A DNA stretch of 64,000 nucleotides from positions 310,001 to 374,000 of the forward strand of contig NW_024704783.1 of the NCBI RefSeq assembly GCF_018977255.1, written 5' to 3'. The notes beneath the pieces were generated by a model, which worked only from the letters and a program-made list of their open reading frames with translations, did no database searches and was not told where the DNA came from. Every line of letters starts with the position of its first letter. Position 1 is the first letter of the stretch. The translations under genes and the position numbers were made by a program. Shown here piece by piece: positions 48,110 to 60,819 of the stretch. The DNA is from Callorhinchus milii (lineage: Eukaryota).

Positions 48110-48640
48110 ACAACAACTTGCTATCATATGGTGCCCTCCACATCGGGCAGTGTCTCAGTGCGATTATCAATGTTTGAACTCGATGCAGAGCATATGTGCG
48201 GGTGTATCCGTATGCGCGATCGAAAAGTAAGGTCTTCAAGCGTAACCTGAAGCTTGGGAATGTGGGGGGAGGCGAAGGTGTTGAGGGAGGGATTTCCAAA
48301 ATTTCGGGACGTAGTGGCTGAAGTCACGGCCACAGATGGCGGAGCAGAAGATTCGGGGAAAGCTGAGGGCGCCGGACCCAGTTTAGCGGAGGCAGCGAGT
48401 ACTGCTGTGAGGAGAGAGGAGATAATGGAGATAGGGGTGTACTAAGAAATGGAGGGATTTACACAAATGAGTGAGGATCTGGTGCAGATGGTACAGTGCT
48501 GTTGTTGATTTGTTGCGGCTGAGATAGCGGGCCGCGGAGCTTTGAATGAGTTGAATTTTGTGGAAACTGGAGTAAGAGAAACTGGCGAGGAGTGCGTTAG
48601 ATTAGTCCTGCCGAGTGGACAATGGCATCGGCACCAACAC
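48110..48640 (-). mobile_element. L2 LINE 3' fragment inside the GPCR intron
   Basis: (CAA)n tail, FRLRLKTLLFDRAY, and a CGRDFSHYVPKFW-like motif. Confidence 0.75.
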
Positions 48641-48900
48641 TAATGATTGTCTGAGGGATATATTTCTACGCATACTGGCTGTTCTGTTTGCTTACAAAGT
48701 ACACAGCATCTACATTTTACAGTAAATAAAATTAGATATGTTGAGATGTTCTGCTATGAACGGCACTGTATCAAACGGAGCGATCAATTACATAATGAAC
48801 AATCCAGCAAATAGGAAAGAAAAGAACCACTGAAATAAAACACATCAGGACAGATAGGAAAAACAGCCTCTGAATTCTGGAGGAATTTCTGATAGCGTAC

Positions 48901-48970
48901 CTGGACCTCCAGCTAGTGCAAGAATCGGGTAGTAAATTGCTTCTATCACATAGATTGCAGGAAACGCCAT
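48901..48970 (-). CDS. First coding exon (70 nt) of the GPCR at 45802-46703
   Basis: MAFPAIYVIEAIYYPILALAGGP with phase-1 donor G|GTACGC. Confidence 0.85.
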
Positions 48971-50314
48971 GGTGCGACAACAACAAGTGTTTTGATGGCC
49001 TAGATAGCGGCTCCAACTAAGAAACTGAGCTGCGGCTTTGAGAAGCAATGTTACTTATTCTCATAGCAAACATCCGGGGACCATCCTATCTGCATAATTA
49101 GTGACGTCACTCTCAGTCCCTGGACAATAGTAAAGGGTGGCGTCACCTCTGCTATTTGACAAAGATTGGAAGAAAACACACTCTATTTTGACTTCTTTGC
49201 ATTAAATATACCTGTTTTGAAACGCCATTTAATTTGGGTATTCAGTATCTTTTCAAAATCACTGTGAAAAAACAAGTCATTCTCTGACTTTGTTTTGATG
49301 GGTGAGTGAAAGGCACAAATATAGAATAGATTTAAAAATGAAGCCAGGGGGAAACAACGTATTGCATTTTACCATTGGATGCTATTATCTGCAATGATCG
49401 GTCAAGTGAATTTGGCGAGGAACGATCCATATAATTATCCTGAATAATATCAATAATTTTTGCATCAGTACAGCACCATTGATTAAGGAGGTCGCCTCAA
49501 AACGCTTGACAGGCAGGTGCAAGACAGATATAGTAACCTATCACCACTCTCAAGATTATTCAGACCAGACTGAAATTTTCAGGTATAGCAAAAAAAAATG
49601 AAAATTCCCGTGTAATGCATTTTCTCTCTCCCCCTCTCTACCTGGCGGGACCTTTCCTGCATGTCTATTCAAGAGAGCATAATGCGAAAAGTTGGCATGA
49701 CTCAAGCGTTTCAAGAATGTGATATGGTACCGGCAGTTGGAGTTTATACAACTAAAGCCACATAGCTTGCCATTCAGAATTCTGCCTGGCAAGTTTTCTT
49801 GCTACCTTTACAACAGCAGAAACCATTCGGGCTTTGGCTTACAGGGTTAACAGGAGCTGATTGGGAAGAAGCCCTTCCCAGCAATGAATGTGAGCTCCAC
49901 AACCGACTGATGAGCCGAGTAGATTGGACTATGATGACCGTACCCTGGAGTACTGTGGACATTCTTGGTTCATACGTAGCTTTCACATTGTGAACAAATA
50001 ACTGCCTCAAGCGTTTCCCAATATAGAAGTTATCGTCAATTCAATATATAAACTCAAACCGTTAGAACTATTGTGTCCAGCTGAACAGCAAACAGAGGTG
50101 CATGAAATCAATACGGTAACTTTAGGCAACTGAGCGCTGGTTATTATCGGGAGTTGAAATCTATTCCCAATCGATCATCCCACGTGGTTCCAATATTGTA
50201 GACAAAAACCTGTACTGCTTTCTTTACAACCCGTTTTCTACAGCTGTTGATGGACCAATAGCAGCCTCTTTCTGACCAATCGCTACCCTTGGCGCTTGTC
50301 CATCGAATTATTGT

Positions 50315-50397
50315 ATCAGGATGGTCGACCGATCTAAGGCGCTGCGTTCAAGTCGCAGTCCCCATTGGAGGCTTGGGTTCGAAACCCACGTCTGACG
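50315..50397 (+). pseudogene. tRNA-Leu (CAG-type body, anticodon CAA, no intron), probable pseudogene
   Basis: ATCAGGATGGTCGACCGATCTAAGGCGCTGCGTTCAAGTCGCAGTC...GGGTTCGAAACCCACGTCTGACG. Confidence 0.75.
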
Positions 50398-51221
50398 ATT
50401 GAAAGATTCTGAGGCAGCCCAGTTTAACTTGTTACAAAGCTCTTGCAATTGAAACAATCCCTGAGAAACAAACACCAATTCTCAATTCACTTGGTCAGGT
50501 GATTTTATTGCAGCATCTGCCCTCCCTCTCACCCTCAGCTGAAAGAAAATGCATTCGATCCTAGTGCATAGTAGCACTAGCAGGAAAGGAACTTTATGAT
50601 TATTTGCCACTGTTCCACAATGTGAAAAGAATTGGGACTAATTATAAGGGGCACTCCTTACTTTTGTAAGCACCCCACTATCGCATAAATGTAAGAGCTT
50701 CGGGATTGGTTGGTTTTCAGTCTGACTGTGAAAGGTTTGATGGTCTATTTTAACACAACAAGTGGTGTAGACCACGAATTCGGCAATTTTGGTTGTACAT
50801 AAATTTGGACACTTGTAAATCTTATCGATCCCTGAGATGAGCAACCTTGCAACTTGCAACCCAAGTGCAACACTAATGATTCCTTGCATGTTTTATATAA
50901 ATTAATACCAGAGGCTCGTCCGAAGCGCTTTACAGATCATAATGTAAAAATGATATGACTACTTTTTATGAGCGAACGGGGATGGCAATTTGTGCACAGC
51001 AATGTCCCACAGCAACACCAATGTCCAACTCAATTGCCAGCCTGGCCTCGCTTTCACTTTCTCTTTGGTTTCTCAGCCAATCCAGGAAACATGTTGCATG
51101 GCCTGCAATGTCAGCTTCCTCTAAGGTCAACAAAGCATTAGAAATACAACTTAAAATTAACTCGTTATCTAATTCTAATTTCCAAATTGCCGAGCAAGTG
51201 TTTTCGAAAATTCAGTAGAAG

Positions 51222-51294
51222 AGTCTCCGCTGGGATTTGAACGGAGGATCTCAACTTTACAAGTCAACGCTTTCATCAACTGAGCCAGGGTGCC
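51222..51294 (-). pseudogene. tRNA-Thr(TGT)-like pseudogene
   Basis: GGCACCCTGGCTCAGTTGATGAAAGCG...CTTGTAAA...GAGATCCTCCGTTCAAATCCCAGCGGAGACT. Confidence 0.62.
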
Positions 51295-51835
51295 AATGAT
51301 AAGACAACTCTCGTGTTCTGTTCAGGAAATCAAAAAATCAGTTCAACAATAGTCACGTCATTTAATTTCGCGCTTTTTACTTCAAGTAGACTTGTGAAAA
51401 TTGTTTGTACTATCCCTTCGGGGATTATTGCTTGCGTAGTTTGAGGATCATTTTCTATTCAATTGTGAATTCAACTGCTTCATCAGTTGCAAGGTTGCAA
51501 TCCACAAAAAATGACCTGCTCTTTACGATATGCACTAACCTGTAAGAGTATCTCTATGTTAATACAGAGGCAGAATCACCAGTGATTTATGTGCAAATGG
51601 CAGCTTGACTGATTGTCTGCAATATTTACGTTCCATTTTCCGATAGCGAATATGACACGAAAACATGAACATACAGAATTCCACAAGCTTGATGAGCGTA
51701 TTCTGTCCATCAAGCTGCACACTCCTCGTTCATGATATTCAGACGTGAAACGAGACTGGATTCCCTATTCCTATGTGTCCACTCGTGGATTTATAGTTCA
51801 GATGCGGCACATTCACCTCAGTGGCCCAGGTTGTG

Positions 51836-52155
51836 GAGTCCTGTAGCTCCATGGTTAGAGCACTCGCTTTGCAAGCGAGAGACCCGAGTTCAATTCCAGA
51901 CAGGGCGAAACCTTGGGCAAGTTTCCTTACTCCACACGCCTCATCATAATCCTTCCAAAACCAAAAACAATAATAAATTGGTCATTTGCAATCCACGACT
52001 GTTTGAGGGACATTGCTGTGCGCAATTGGCTGCCGCTATCGCCCACAAATATACAGTCAATTCACTTTACAGTATATTCTGTGAATCGCTTTAAGACGTC
52101 TAGAATATGTTAAAAGCACTATATTAATTGCAAGGATTTTTATTATTTATTATTA
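51836..52155 (+). mobile_element. Full-length tRNA(Ala-like)-derived SINE
   Basis: GAGTCCTGTAGCTCCATGGTTAGAGCACTCGCTTTGCAAGCGAGAGACCCGAGTTCAATTC, then ccttgggcaagtttcc, the Deu-type body and a (TTA) tail. Confidence 0.9.
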
Positions 52156-52214
52156 TGTTGAACTCCTGCTCTTGCTATATAGGGGGAGCACTTCGAACAG
52201 CTAATCCCTTATCA

Positions 52215-52888
52215 AAGAATCACAGAATCATAAAATTGTACAGCACAAAATGAGGCCATTCGTCCCATCGAGTATGTGCTGGCTCTTTCAGAAGAGCAAT
52301 GTAAAGGCAGTCCCTCTCCCCAACGCTTTCCCCATAACCCTGCAAACCCGTCCTACTCAAATACCCTTTTAAAAGTAGTTATCGAATCGGCCTCGTCCAC
52401 CCTTTCAGGAAATGCGTTCCAGATTCGATCAACTCGCTGCATGAAAAAATTTCACAGAGAAGTCGAAACAGTTTTTCCCTTTCCAATCTATCAACTCCCC
52501 ACATGATTTTGAAGACCTCTATCAGGATTCCTTGTAACCTTCTCTGCTCCAATGAGAATAATCCTCGCCTCTCTAGCCTTTCCTCATAATCAAGGTCCCA
52601 CATTCCTGGTACCATCCTCGTAAATCTCCTCTGCACCCTTTCCAATGCCTTAACATCCTTCCTGTATTGTGGTACCCAGAACTGGGCGCAGTATTCGAAC
52701 TGAGGCCTAACCAGTGTTTTGTATAGGTTAATCATGACCTCCTGACTCTTGTACTCGATGCCCCTATTTATAAAGCGTAGTATCCCATGTGCCCTTTTTA
52801 CAGCTTTATCTAAATTCTCCTGCCACCTTCAATGATTGATTTACCTGCACATCCAGGTCTCTCTGTTCCTTTACCAACTTAAGATTGT
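52215..52888 (-). mobile_element. CR1 LINE 3' portion
   Basis: LYKTLVRPQFEYCAQFWVPQYRKDVKALERVQRRFTRMVPGM...GLFSLEQRRLQG, with a cacagaatcat tail. Confidence 0.92.
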
Positions 52889-53346
52889 ATTGTGTTCGAA
52901 TTCAAGATCCTGATCCTCACCAACAAGGCCATTCACGGACTTCCTCCCTCCTACCTCTACGACCAACTGTCTCCCTACTTACCAGTCCGTAACCTCCGTT
53001 CCTCTGGCTCGGGTATGCTCCACATCCCCTGCCCTAACCGCCCTACCATCGGTGGCCGGGCCTTCAGCCCCTCAGCTCGTAGGCTATGGAACTCCATCCC
53101 CCAGTGCCTTCGCCTCGCTTCCTCCATTTCCTACTTCAAGGCCGTTCTCAAGACCGTTATCTTCGTCCGTGCCTTTAGATCCCTTGTCGACTCTCTGCCC
53201 CCTCCTTTCTCACTCCATTCTGTCCACTCACCCGGACCATTTACCCCCTGCTCGGGTCCCGACCCAAGTGTCTAGCGCCTTGGGACGTCCTCACGACGTG
53301 AAAGGCGCTTTATAAATGAAATGTTGTTGTTGTTCTTGTTGTTGTA
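52889..53346 (+). mobile_element. L2 LINE 3' end
   Basis: FEFKILILTNKAIHGLPPSYL...GGRAFSPSARRLWNSIP, then gaaaggcgctttataaat and a (GTT)n tail. Confidence 0.93.
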
Positions 53347-53349
53347 TTA

Positions 53350-54957
53350 CAATCTCTCTCCATATCACACACGCAAAAACTCACTATCTCTCCCATACAC
53401 AGTCCCCGTCTATCTTTCATACGCACATTCTCTCTCTGCCTCTCTCTCTCACAAACACACACACAATCTCTGACTCTCCCCCACACACTGTCTCTCTCTC
53501 ACATACACAGTCTCTCTCTTTCTCAACCGTTCAGTCTTATTCTGTATCTCACACAGACACATTCTCACTATGTCTGTCGCACAGACACAGTCTCTCTCTC
53601 TGTCTTTCTATCACACACACAGTCTGTCTCACACACATTCTCTATCTGAGTCTCACACACACCGTCTCTCTCTGTTTCTCACACACACAGTCCCTCTCTG
53701 TCATTCACACGCACAGTCCTCTCTGCCTCTCACTCGCACAGTGTCTAACTGTCTCTCTCACACACACACAGTTTCTCTCTGTCTTACACACAAACACAGT
53801 TTCTCTATATCTCTGACACGCACTGTTTCTCTCGGTCTCTCTCAGATGCACAAAGTCTCTCACTGTCTCTTACAAACACACACAGCCTCTCTCTGTCTCT
53901 CTCACATACTCTCTCACTGTGTCTTGTACTTGCTTATTGTCTATCGTTCTCTCTCTCTCTCTCACACACACACAAACAAACACACCTTATCTCCCTCTCA
54001 CACACATAGTCTCATTCTATTTTTCTCTCTCGCGCACCCAAACATTCTCTGCCTGTCTCTCGCGCACACACACCGTCTCTCTCTGTCTCTCTCACACACA
54101 TGCACAGAAACATTCTCTCTCTCTCACACACAAACACATTCACGCACACAGCCTCTCTCTGTTACTCACACACGTAGCCTCCCTCTGTCTATCTCTCTCA
54201 CACACACAAACACACACACAATCGCTCATTATCACTCTCACGCACACACAGTCTCTCATTATCACTCTCACACGCACAGTGGCGCTGCTTCACACAGACA
54301 CTACCAGTCTGTCACCAACACACACACAGTCTCCCTCTGACTCTCAAACACACAATCTCTCTCTGTCGCTCACACAAACACACACAGTCTCTCTCTGTCT
54401 TTCCCTCAGATACACGCACTGTCTCTCTCTGTCTCTCTCACACACACAATCTATCTCTATCTCACAAATATACAGTCTATCTCTGTCCCCCACCCACACA
54501 GTCTTTCTGTGTCTCTTTCACGCAGTTACTCTGTTAGTCTACCACACACACACACAGTCGATCTCACTCCCACACTCTCTCTCACATAAACATAGTCTCT
54601 CTTTGTCTCTCTCACAGACACACATACAGTGTCTCTCTTTCACAGGCACACATTCTCTCACTCCCACTCTCACACAAAAATAGTCTTTGTTTATCTCTCT
54701 CACACACGCACACACACAGTATCTCTCTTACACACGCACACAGTCACTCTCTGTCGCTAATACACACACAGTCTCTATCTCACATACGCATACAATTTCT
54801 CTCTGTCTCTCACATACACCGCCCCTCTCTGTGTCTCACACGCACATTCTCTCTCTTTTTCTTTCACACACACAGACTGTCTCTGTCAGAAACATACACA
54901 GTCTCTGTATGTCTCGCACAAACATCGTCACTCTCTGTCTCTCGCTTTCACACACAT
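53350..54957. repeat. 1.6-kb CT/CA low-complexity tract
   Basis: Degenerate (CA)n(CT)n units throughout. Confidence 0.95.
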
Positions 54958-56320
54958 AACAACAAGAACAACAACAAAAACAATTTGGATCGATACAGCG
55001 CCCTCCACTCCGCCTGCGTCTTAGAGTGCTAAAAAGTTACGGAACCTAGGACCAAGCCAGGGGGAGGGAAGGANGGGGGAAGTTGACCAAAGGCGCGGTG
55101 GAAAAGAAAGGTCTCCAGCAGAGGCCTGAAAATAGGAAGGGAGAGCCGAGGCGAAGGGAATGAGGAAGGCTGTTCCAGAGCCTCGGGGCATGGTGGCTGA
55201 AGGCACGGCCGCCGATGGTCGAGCGGAGGACTCGGGGGACGAGGAGGAGGCCAGACCCGGAAGAAGGAAGGCAACGGGTCCTGTTTTGAGAAGAGAGGAG
55301 TTCGGAGAAGTCGGGGGTTGCAGAGGAGCGTGGGGACTTGAATATAAAGCTGAGGATCTTGAATTGAAACCTGACTGGGATACGCAGCCAATGCTGTCTA
55401 GCCAGGACTGGGGAGATTGCGGATCGGAGTTTCATGCGTGTTACAATTCTGGATGACATGGATTTTATGGATGGTAGTGAATGGTAGACCGGCGAGGAGA
55501 GCGTTAGAGTAGTCCAGCCAAGAGGTGGCATAGGCATGGACTAGGGTTTCATCGGCACTTCGGGAGAGGTAATGGCTCAGACGGGCGATGGGACGGAGGT
55601 GGAACAAAGTGTCGCTGGTGAGGGACAGGATGTGGGGATGGAAAGATAATTGTGGGACGAACCTAACGCCTATGCTGCATACGGCTTCGGAGAGTTTTAA
55701 GGCGAGGTCAGGTTGGTGGAGGAGGTGAAAACCGTGAGATTTTAGACCTTGACGAGTGCCAAAGAGGATGGCTTCCGTAGGAAGTTTGCGCTCATCCAGC
55801 CCCTGTGATCTGACAGGCAGCTGACAGAATACCAGAGTACTGGGGGTCGCAAAGAGAGGTGGAAAAGTAGAGCTGGTTGCCTTCTGAATACATATGGAAA
55901 TGTCTGCGGATGACATCACCAAGAGAGAACATGTCGATCAGAAAGAGGAGGGGGCCAAGAATGGAAATTTGAGGTACCCCGCATGTAACCGGTGGAGAAC
56001 AGGAGGAGACACCATTTGTGCAGATGTACTGCTGGTGGTTTGTGAGGTAGGACTCGAACCATGCGAGTGCAGTCCCAATGCGGTGGATGACCGAGAGAGC
56101 GGTGGAAGAAGATGGCTTGATCGAATTTGTTGAGCGAGACGGAGAGGTCCAGGAGGACAAGGACAAAGAGGCAAAGGGTGCCCTGGTCACAGATAGAGAG
56201 GATGTCGTTTGTGACTTTCACAAGCGCAGTCACTGTACTGTGGGCGCAAACCGGACTGGAGGGTTTCGAAGAGGGAGTGGGAGGAGAGGTGTGCGCGAAG
56301 TAGTTTGTATTCGATAAACA
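54958..56320 (-). mobile_element. L2 LINE RT-to-3' end, decayed
   Basis: TVTALVKVTNDIL...LLDLS; GVPQISILGPLLFLI; ETLVHAYATSWLDYSNALLAGLP; GGRAFSHHAPRLWNSLP; (CAA) tail at 54958. Confidence 0.93.
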
Positions 56321-58066
56321 AAGTGCTTCCATTGAGGGAGAGAGTGCTCAATCCATTCCAACAATCTATTGCTGGGATTGCCATGTGCTTGTGGGATGCA
56401 TGGAGATCTGTACTTGATTTTGACACTATTCAGCATGCTGATGGGTTTCTGCATGTGTCGGATACTCGGCCGATTAAAGTAAATTTGAGAATCCCTATTA
56501 TCCTGTGAGTAAATATGTTTGTTTATTTCCCCCGACTTTCAGGTTCGGTTGAGTTGAAAATATTTCTTTCGATGCCGATCGACATAGAATTGAGACACCT
56601 TCTTTTCTTTGGAATTATGTATTTGCGCGAAAATGCAAATGATTAAGCATATGAATCTCAATTGCACAATAACTTTTGGTAACTTGGATTTTCTCTGATC
56701 CTAACAGTGTAGTTGAAATACAATATTTCCTCTGAACTCTGATTTTGCAACTTTGAAGATTCATAATGGCTTCCGTGTCTGTGGTCGTGTTATTGAGACT
56801 ACAATTGCTAATTTCGTGCTCAGCAACATTGGGTATGATGTCAGGAATGTGAAGTTGATAACAAGAATGAGTTGACAAGTTGGCGCTGTGTTTGGTTGTA
56901 CTCCAACAGACGGCAAATTCAAAAACATCTTTAAAATTATGAGTGAATCTGATGGACGAGATGGAGATAACTTATTTTCGTTGTTTACTGAGTCAGTTAG
57001 GTCAGTTGTGGTATAATTTTCATATGGTTATGAGTGTGAATTTCAGAAAAGCAATTTGGATATAACACAGTGTTTCGTAGAGTAGTTCACTGGTTTTCTT
57101 AGAAATAGTTTAACATGGAACAAGCCTTCCAGATTCTTTTCAAATGGACAACAAGGGGTATGAAACAATTTTCTTCGAGGTCGAAATCATAGCTCAAAGA
57201 ATTACGTTTAAAGAGGAAATGACCGAGGTCCAATTTACCTGTCATGTTATCAGATAAATTGTTGCATTTGTTAGAGTAGTTTCTAATACTTGTTTCTATA
57301 TTCCTAGAAAGATTCAACCAAACACTCAGTTTATTGATACCTTCTTGACAAGCATGTGAAATATTAAACTGTGAAAAAGAACCATATTCAGTTGATAAAT
57401 GCAACTATATATGAAAAAGTGTATTTGTATACAGATATATAAGATGCCCATATTATAATTGATACGCACCTCAATTGTACAAAAGAAGAATATATCCACA
57501 ATGCATAAAAAGAATGTTTGGGAGATTTTTAAAAGTGGATATTATTTTTATATTGAGTGTTTGTTCAATAAAATTATAATATATATTTTCTGCGTTATAG
57601 AATCGCAAGAAACGTAAACATTGAAGCAACGTTTAAAACAATCATAGTTGTATGAAACTTTCATCCCGCTCTCCAGCCGTTCCCCTTTAACATTTAAATT
57701 TGGGTTCCTCATGTTTAACAAATGCTCTCTTCTCAACACATATCAATCTGCCTCAGCCATGATCTCGTGTTTGCCATTCCGCATCCTTACAAATACATGT
57801 GCAAAATCTACCATCACCTTTTATTTTGATAAGGGTTTAACGCTCTCACAACATCAAAAGCTGCCATTTGCAGAGAGAGAGAGAGCGAGAGAAAAAGGCG
57901 ACTGCCCTCCGAGTGGGGGTAAGGGGGGAGGAAGTGGAGAATGTGGAGATCAGGGAGTTGGGGTGGGGGGATCAGCGGGGTGATCAGGGAGGTGGGGGTG
58001 GAGATCTAGGGCCTGGGGGGGAGTTAAGGGGTGGAGGGGGGGGGGGGGGGGGGGGTGGGGGGACTG

Positions 58067-58325
58067 GGGACCTTGGGCAAGTTTCCTTACTCCACACAGA
58101 GCCTGATAATAATCCTTCCAAAACCAAGGACAATAATAAATTGGTCATTTTCACTCTACAACTGTTTGTGGGACATTGCAGTGCGCAACTGGCTGCCGCG
58201 TTCGCCCACAAATATACAGTGAAGTCACTTTATAGTGTGTTCTGTGAAGCGCTTTGGGACGTCCTCCCGACGTGAAAAGCGCTGTATCAAATGCAAGGAT
58301 TATTATTATTATTATTATTATTATC
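58067..58325 (+). mobile_element. SINE body and tail, preceded by a G-rich tract
   Basis: gaccttgggcaagtttccttactccacac...gcgctttgggacgtcctcccgacgtgaaaagcgctgtatcaaatgcaagg(ATT)n. Confidence 0.88.
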
Positions 58326-59173
58326 ACACTAACTATCCTTAATCATTACGCAGGAGTGTAGAAGGACAGGAGCCTCACTCTGTCGACAACCTTCATTCCT
58401 GAGTGTAGACGGACACTGAACTGGAAGTTTTACTGTGTTTCTTTCCGTGAACTGTGAGATTTGGTGGTCAGTTTGGAGGGAATTTTTAATTTGCTTTGTA
58501 AGATACTCAAAGCTACCGGAGGGTAATAAACCCATTAAGGCATGTGAGCAATCAATCGTTTAATTTGACATCATATCAGTTAACAAGCAGAAAATACAAT
58601 TATTGCAGTTCAAGCAAGTTACAAGGATAGATTACGGTAAAAACGATATGATTCGTTCCTACTGTAGAGCAAATGTGTAATTCGCATAATCAGGACTCTT
58701 GCTCTTGTCGGCTCAGTTGTGCATATTACGCAACTTAGAATATTGTAGTTTAAATTAAGCAAGGCCTAAGGATGCACTTGCTATTTCATAGCTGCTCTTA
58801 CGATGTCCATCTGGTACTTTTGTTTCGTGCCATTAGATAGTTCGTTGCTTTACAATAGCTCATTCCCTTAACTAACACAACAGTTTGCTCCCTTGTCTTT
58901 CCCGACCGCTCTTACCAATCTTTTCTTCCTGATGAATTTCCATTCTCCAGCAATTTACTTTAGGATATTGGTTGTGTTCCGTTTAGCTTTGTGTTTCGTC
59001 CTTGACGATAATTTATGCCTATAGCATTGCTGTTTGGATCATGACGACTATGAGATCGGGTTTCTGGCATATCCCGTAATCTGCAAACCTAACGTGGGAA
59101 ATCGGTTGTAGAGTGTAGCATTTCTCGATTTCTATTGAAATCAACATTTTATTAGAGTCGCTTGCAACATCTG

Positions 59174-60090
59174 TTAACGAAATAATTTATCAAATAGATT
59201 TAATGGAAACTTCACCAGTTTATTAAGCTCCTCCCTAAATTTAGTCTGGGAAACGGCGTAAATACACGTGTTTGTACAGGAACTCAAAAGCTGCAGCATG
59301 TAGCCAGTTTGCCAGATAATATAAAAAGGGTCCAAAGGGCCGTTCTGGAAATAACTTTTTGAAAACCTCCAATATATGTAAAATAAAACATACGTCATCC
59401 ATAATAATATAAAACTGTTTGAAACCGCAAAGAGCAAAACGATGGATTTCCTTCTGTTCCTCATCTCTGGATCACTGTCACTCTCTCCTCTATTCCTATC
59501 CCCAGTAATGTGTCCCCGCAATCTGCGGCGGGCTCGACTGGCCACCAGTATGTGGCTGACAGTCAGGGCGTTGAGCAGAAAAATAATAAGGAATGGGAGA
59601 ATTGGTGTTAAAATAAAATTAAGCGTGTCAAACGCTTCCCAAGCGAGAGAAGTGAAGTAGCTTGTTTTAGGTTTGCAACCCCACGGTATATTATTAAATA
59701 TGTACTGGGGTTCAAATATAAAACCCCAGGGAATGCTTATTACGGCGCAAAGCAGACGCAATATTGCTATCACTGCACCAGAATTTTTTCCTGAACAATA
59801 TTTTGTTTTGAGATTTTGGCAACAAATTGCCACGTATCGATCAAAGGTGAAAGCCACAGTTAACCAGACAGAAATTGACGTTGTTGAACCAGCGAGGACA
59901 GTAAGGAGCCCGCACACAGGTGTGATGGACAGAAATGAATTTGGGAAATGAGGAAGTATTACTCGAAAGAAAATCACTGATATGATAACCACCATCAGAT
60001 CTGCTGTTGACATGGCGACCAGATAGCTCGAGATACATTTGGAGAGTCCACACCGCCCTCGAGACAGGATTACAATCGACACCATGTTAG
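59174..60090 (-). CDS. GPR139/142-like class A GPCR, exon 2 (intact; 328 aa with exon 1)
   Basis: Acceptor ctctttctgcag|CT AAC. Reads NMVSIVILSRGRCGLSKCIS.YLVAMSTADL...FTFDRYVAICC...LLFAVSNSFILLW...LLSSCTNTCIY...FREEL. Exon lengths 70+917=987 nt keep the frame. Confidence 0.9.
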
Positions 60091-60819
60091 CTGCAGAAAG
60101 AGAGACAGAGAATTGCCCATTACAACAAAACAACAACCAGCATTTACTTAATAAGTCGCTAGAATTAAACCAGTATGAAGAAATCGAAAGCAGGGACTTT
60201 CTGAATGAACAATAGTCGCATTTCTTTCCCACCTCAAAAGCTAACCTTTTGGATTCGATCTGTGATGGCACAAAACCTGACTCAGAAATGCGTGACACGC
60301 AAAGGTACCACGACAAGGAAAGAGAGAGAGTCAGATATCGATACACGCAGACAGAACGATACAGAGACAAACAGACAGAGAGAGATAGATACATAAAACA
60401 CGTGGATTTACATAGACCCCTTCAAGCGTCTTGGAGCGCTTGAAATGGACTCGAACAGAGACAACGCGCCAGTGAGAGATATACAATGGCAGAAGCTGGA
60501 AGAAGAGAAGCAAAGAGAGGTATCTCGTCAGAGATTCTATCATTATTTAAAAAAAAATTTAATTTTATATTGCCTGTCTAGAGTGTGTATCGTAACTGAT
60601 ATGCAGTGAAACTGCAGTAAAATTATACAGTTTCAATGCAGCATTTCTATATTCTTACGGGTTATGTTTCTCGATCGGAAACACATCAATAATGCTTGTG
60701 CCGTCGAACGCTGTTTCGCTGTGTATGTGTGGTCTGTCCCGGAGGTAACAGCAGAAGAACATCTTCAGCAAAAATTGTCAATAATTTTTAAAAGGTTAAC
60801 AGAAGAGCGATTCACTGAC

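Noticed and set aside
51836-51905. tRNA-Ala(TGC)-like sequence, also at about 26330-26400, 44610-44682 and 62450-62520
   Set aside because: It runs directly into the SINE body, so it is a SINE head and not a tRNA gene.
53316-54959. ORFs of up to 256 aa rich in Ser/Leu/His/Thr
   Set aside because: They are translations of the CT/CA low-complexity tract.
56540-57620. AT-rich block that may be an old DNA-transposon remnant
   Set aside because: No recognisable catalytic motif or terminal repeats.
60091-60394. N-terminal 100 aa of the 406-aa ORF
   Set aside because: This is intronic read-through upstream of a strong acceptor; the true first exon is at 62974-63043.
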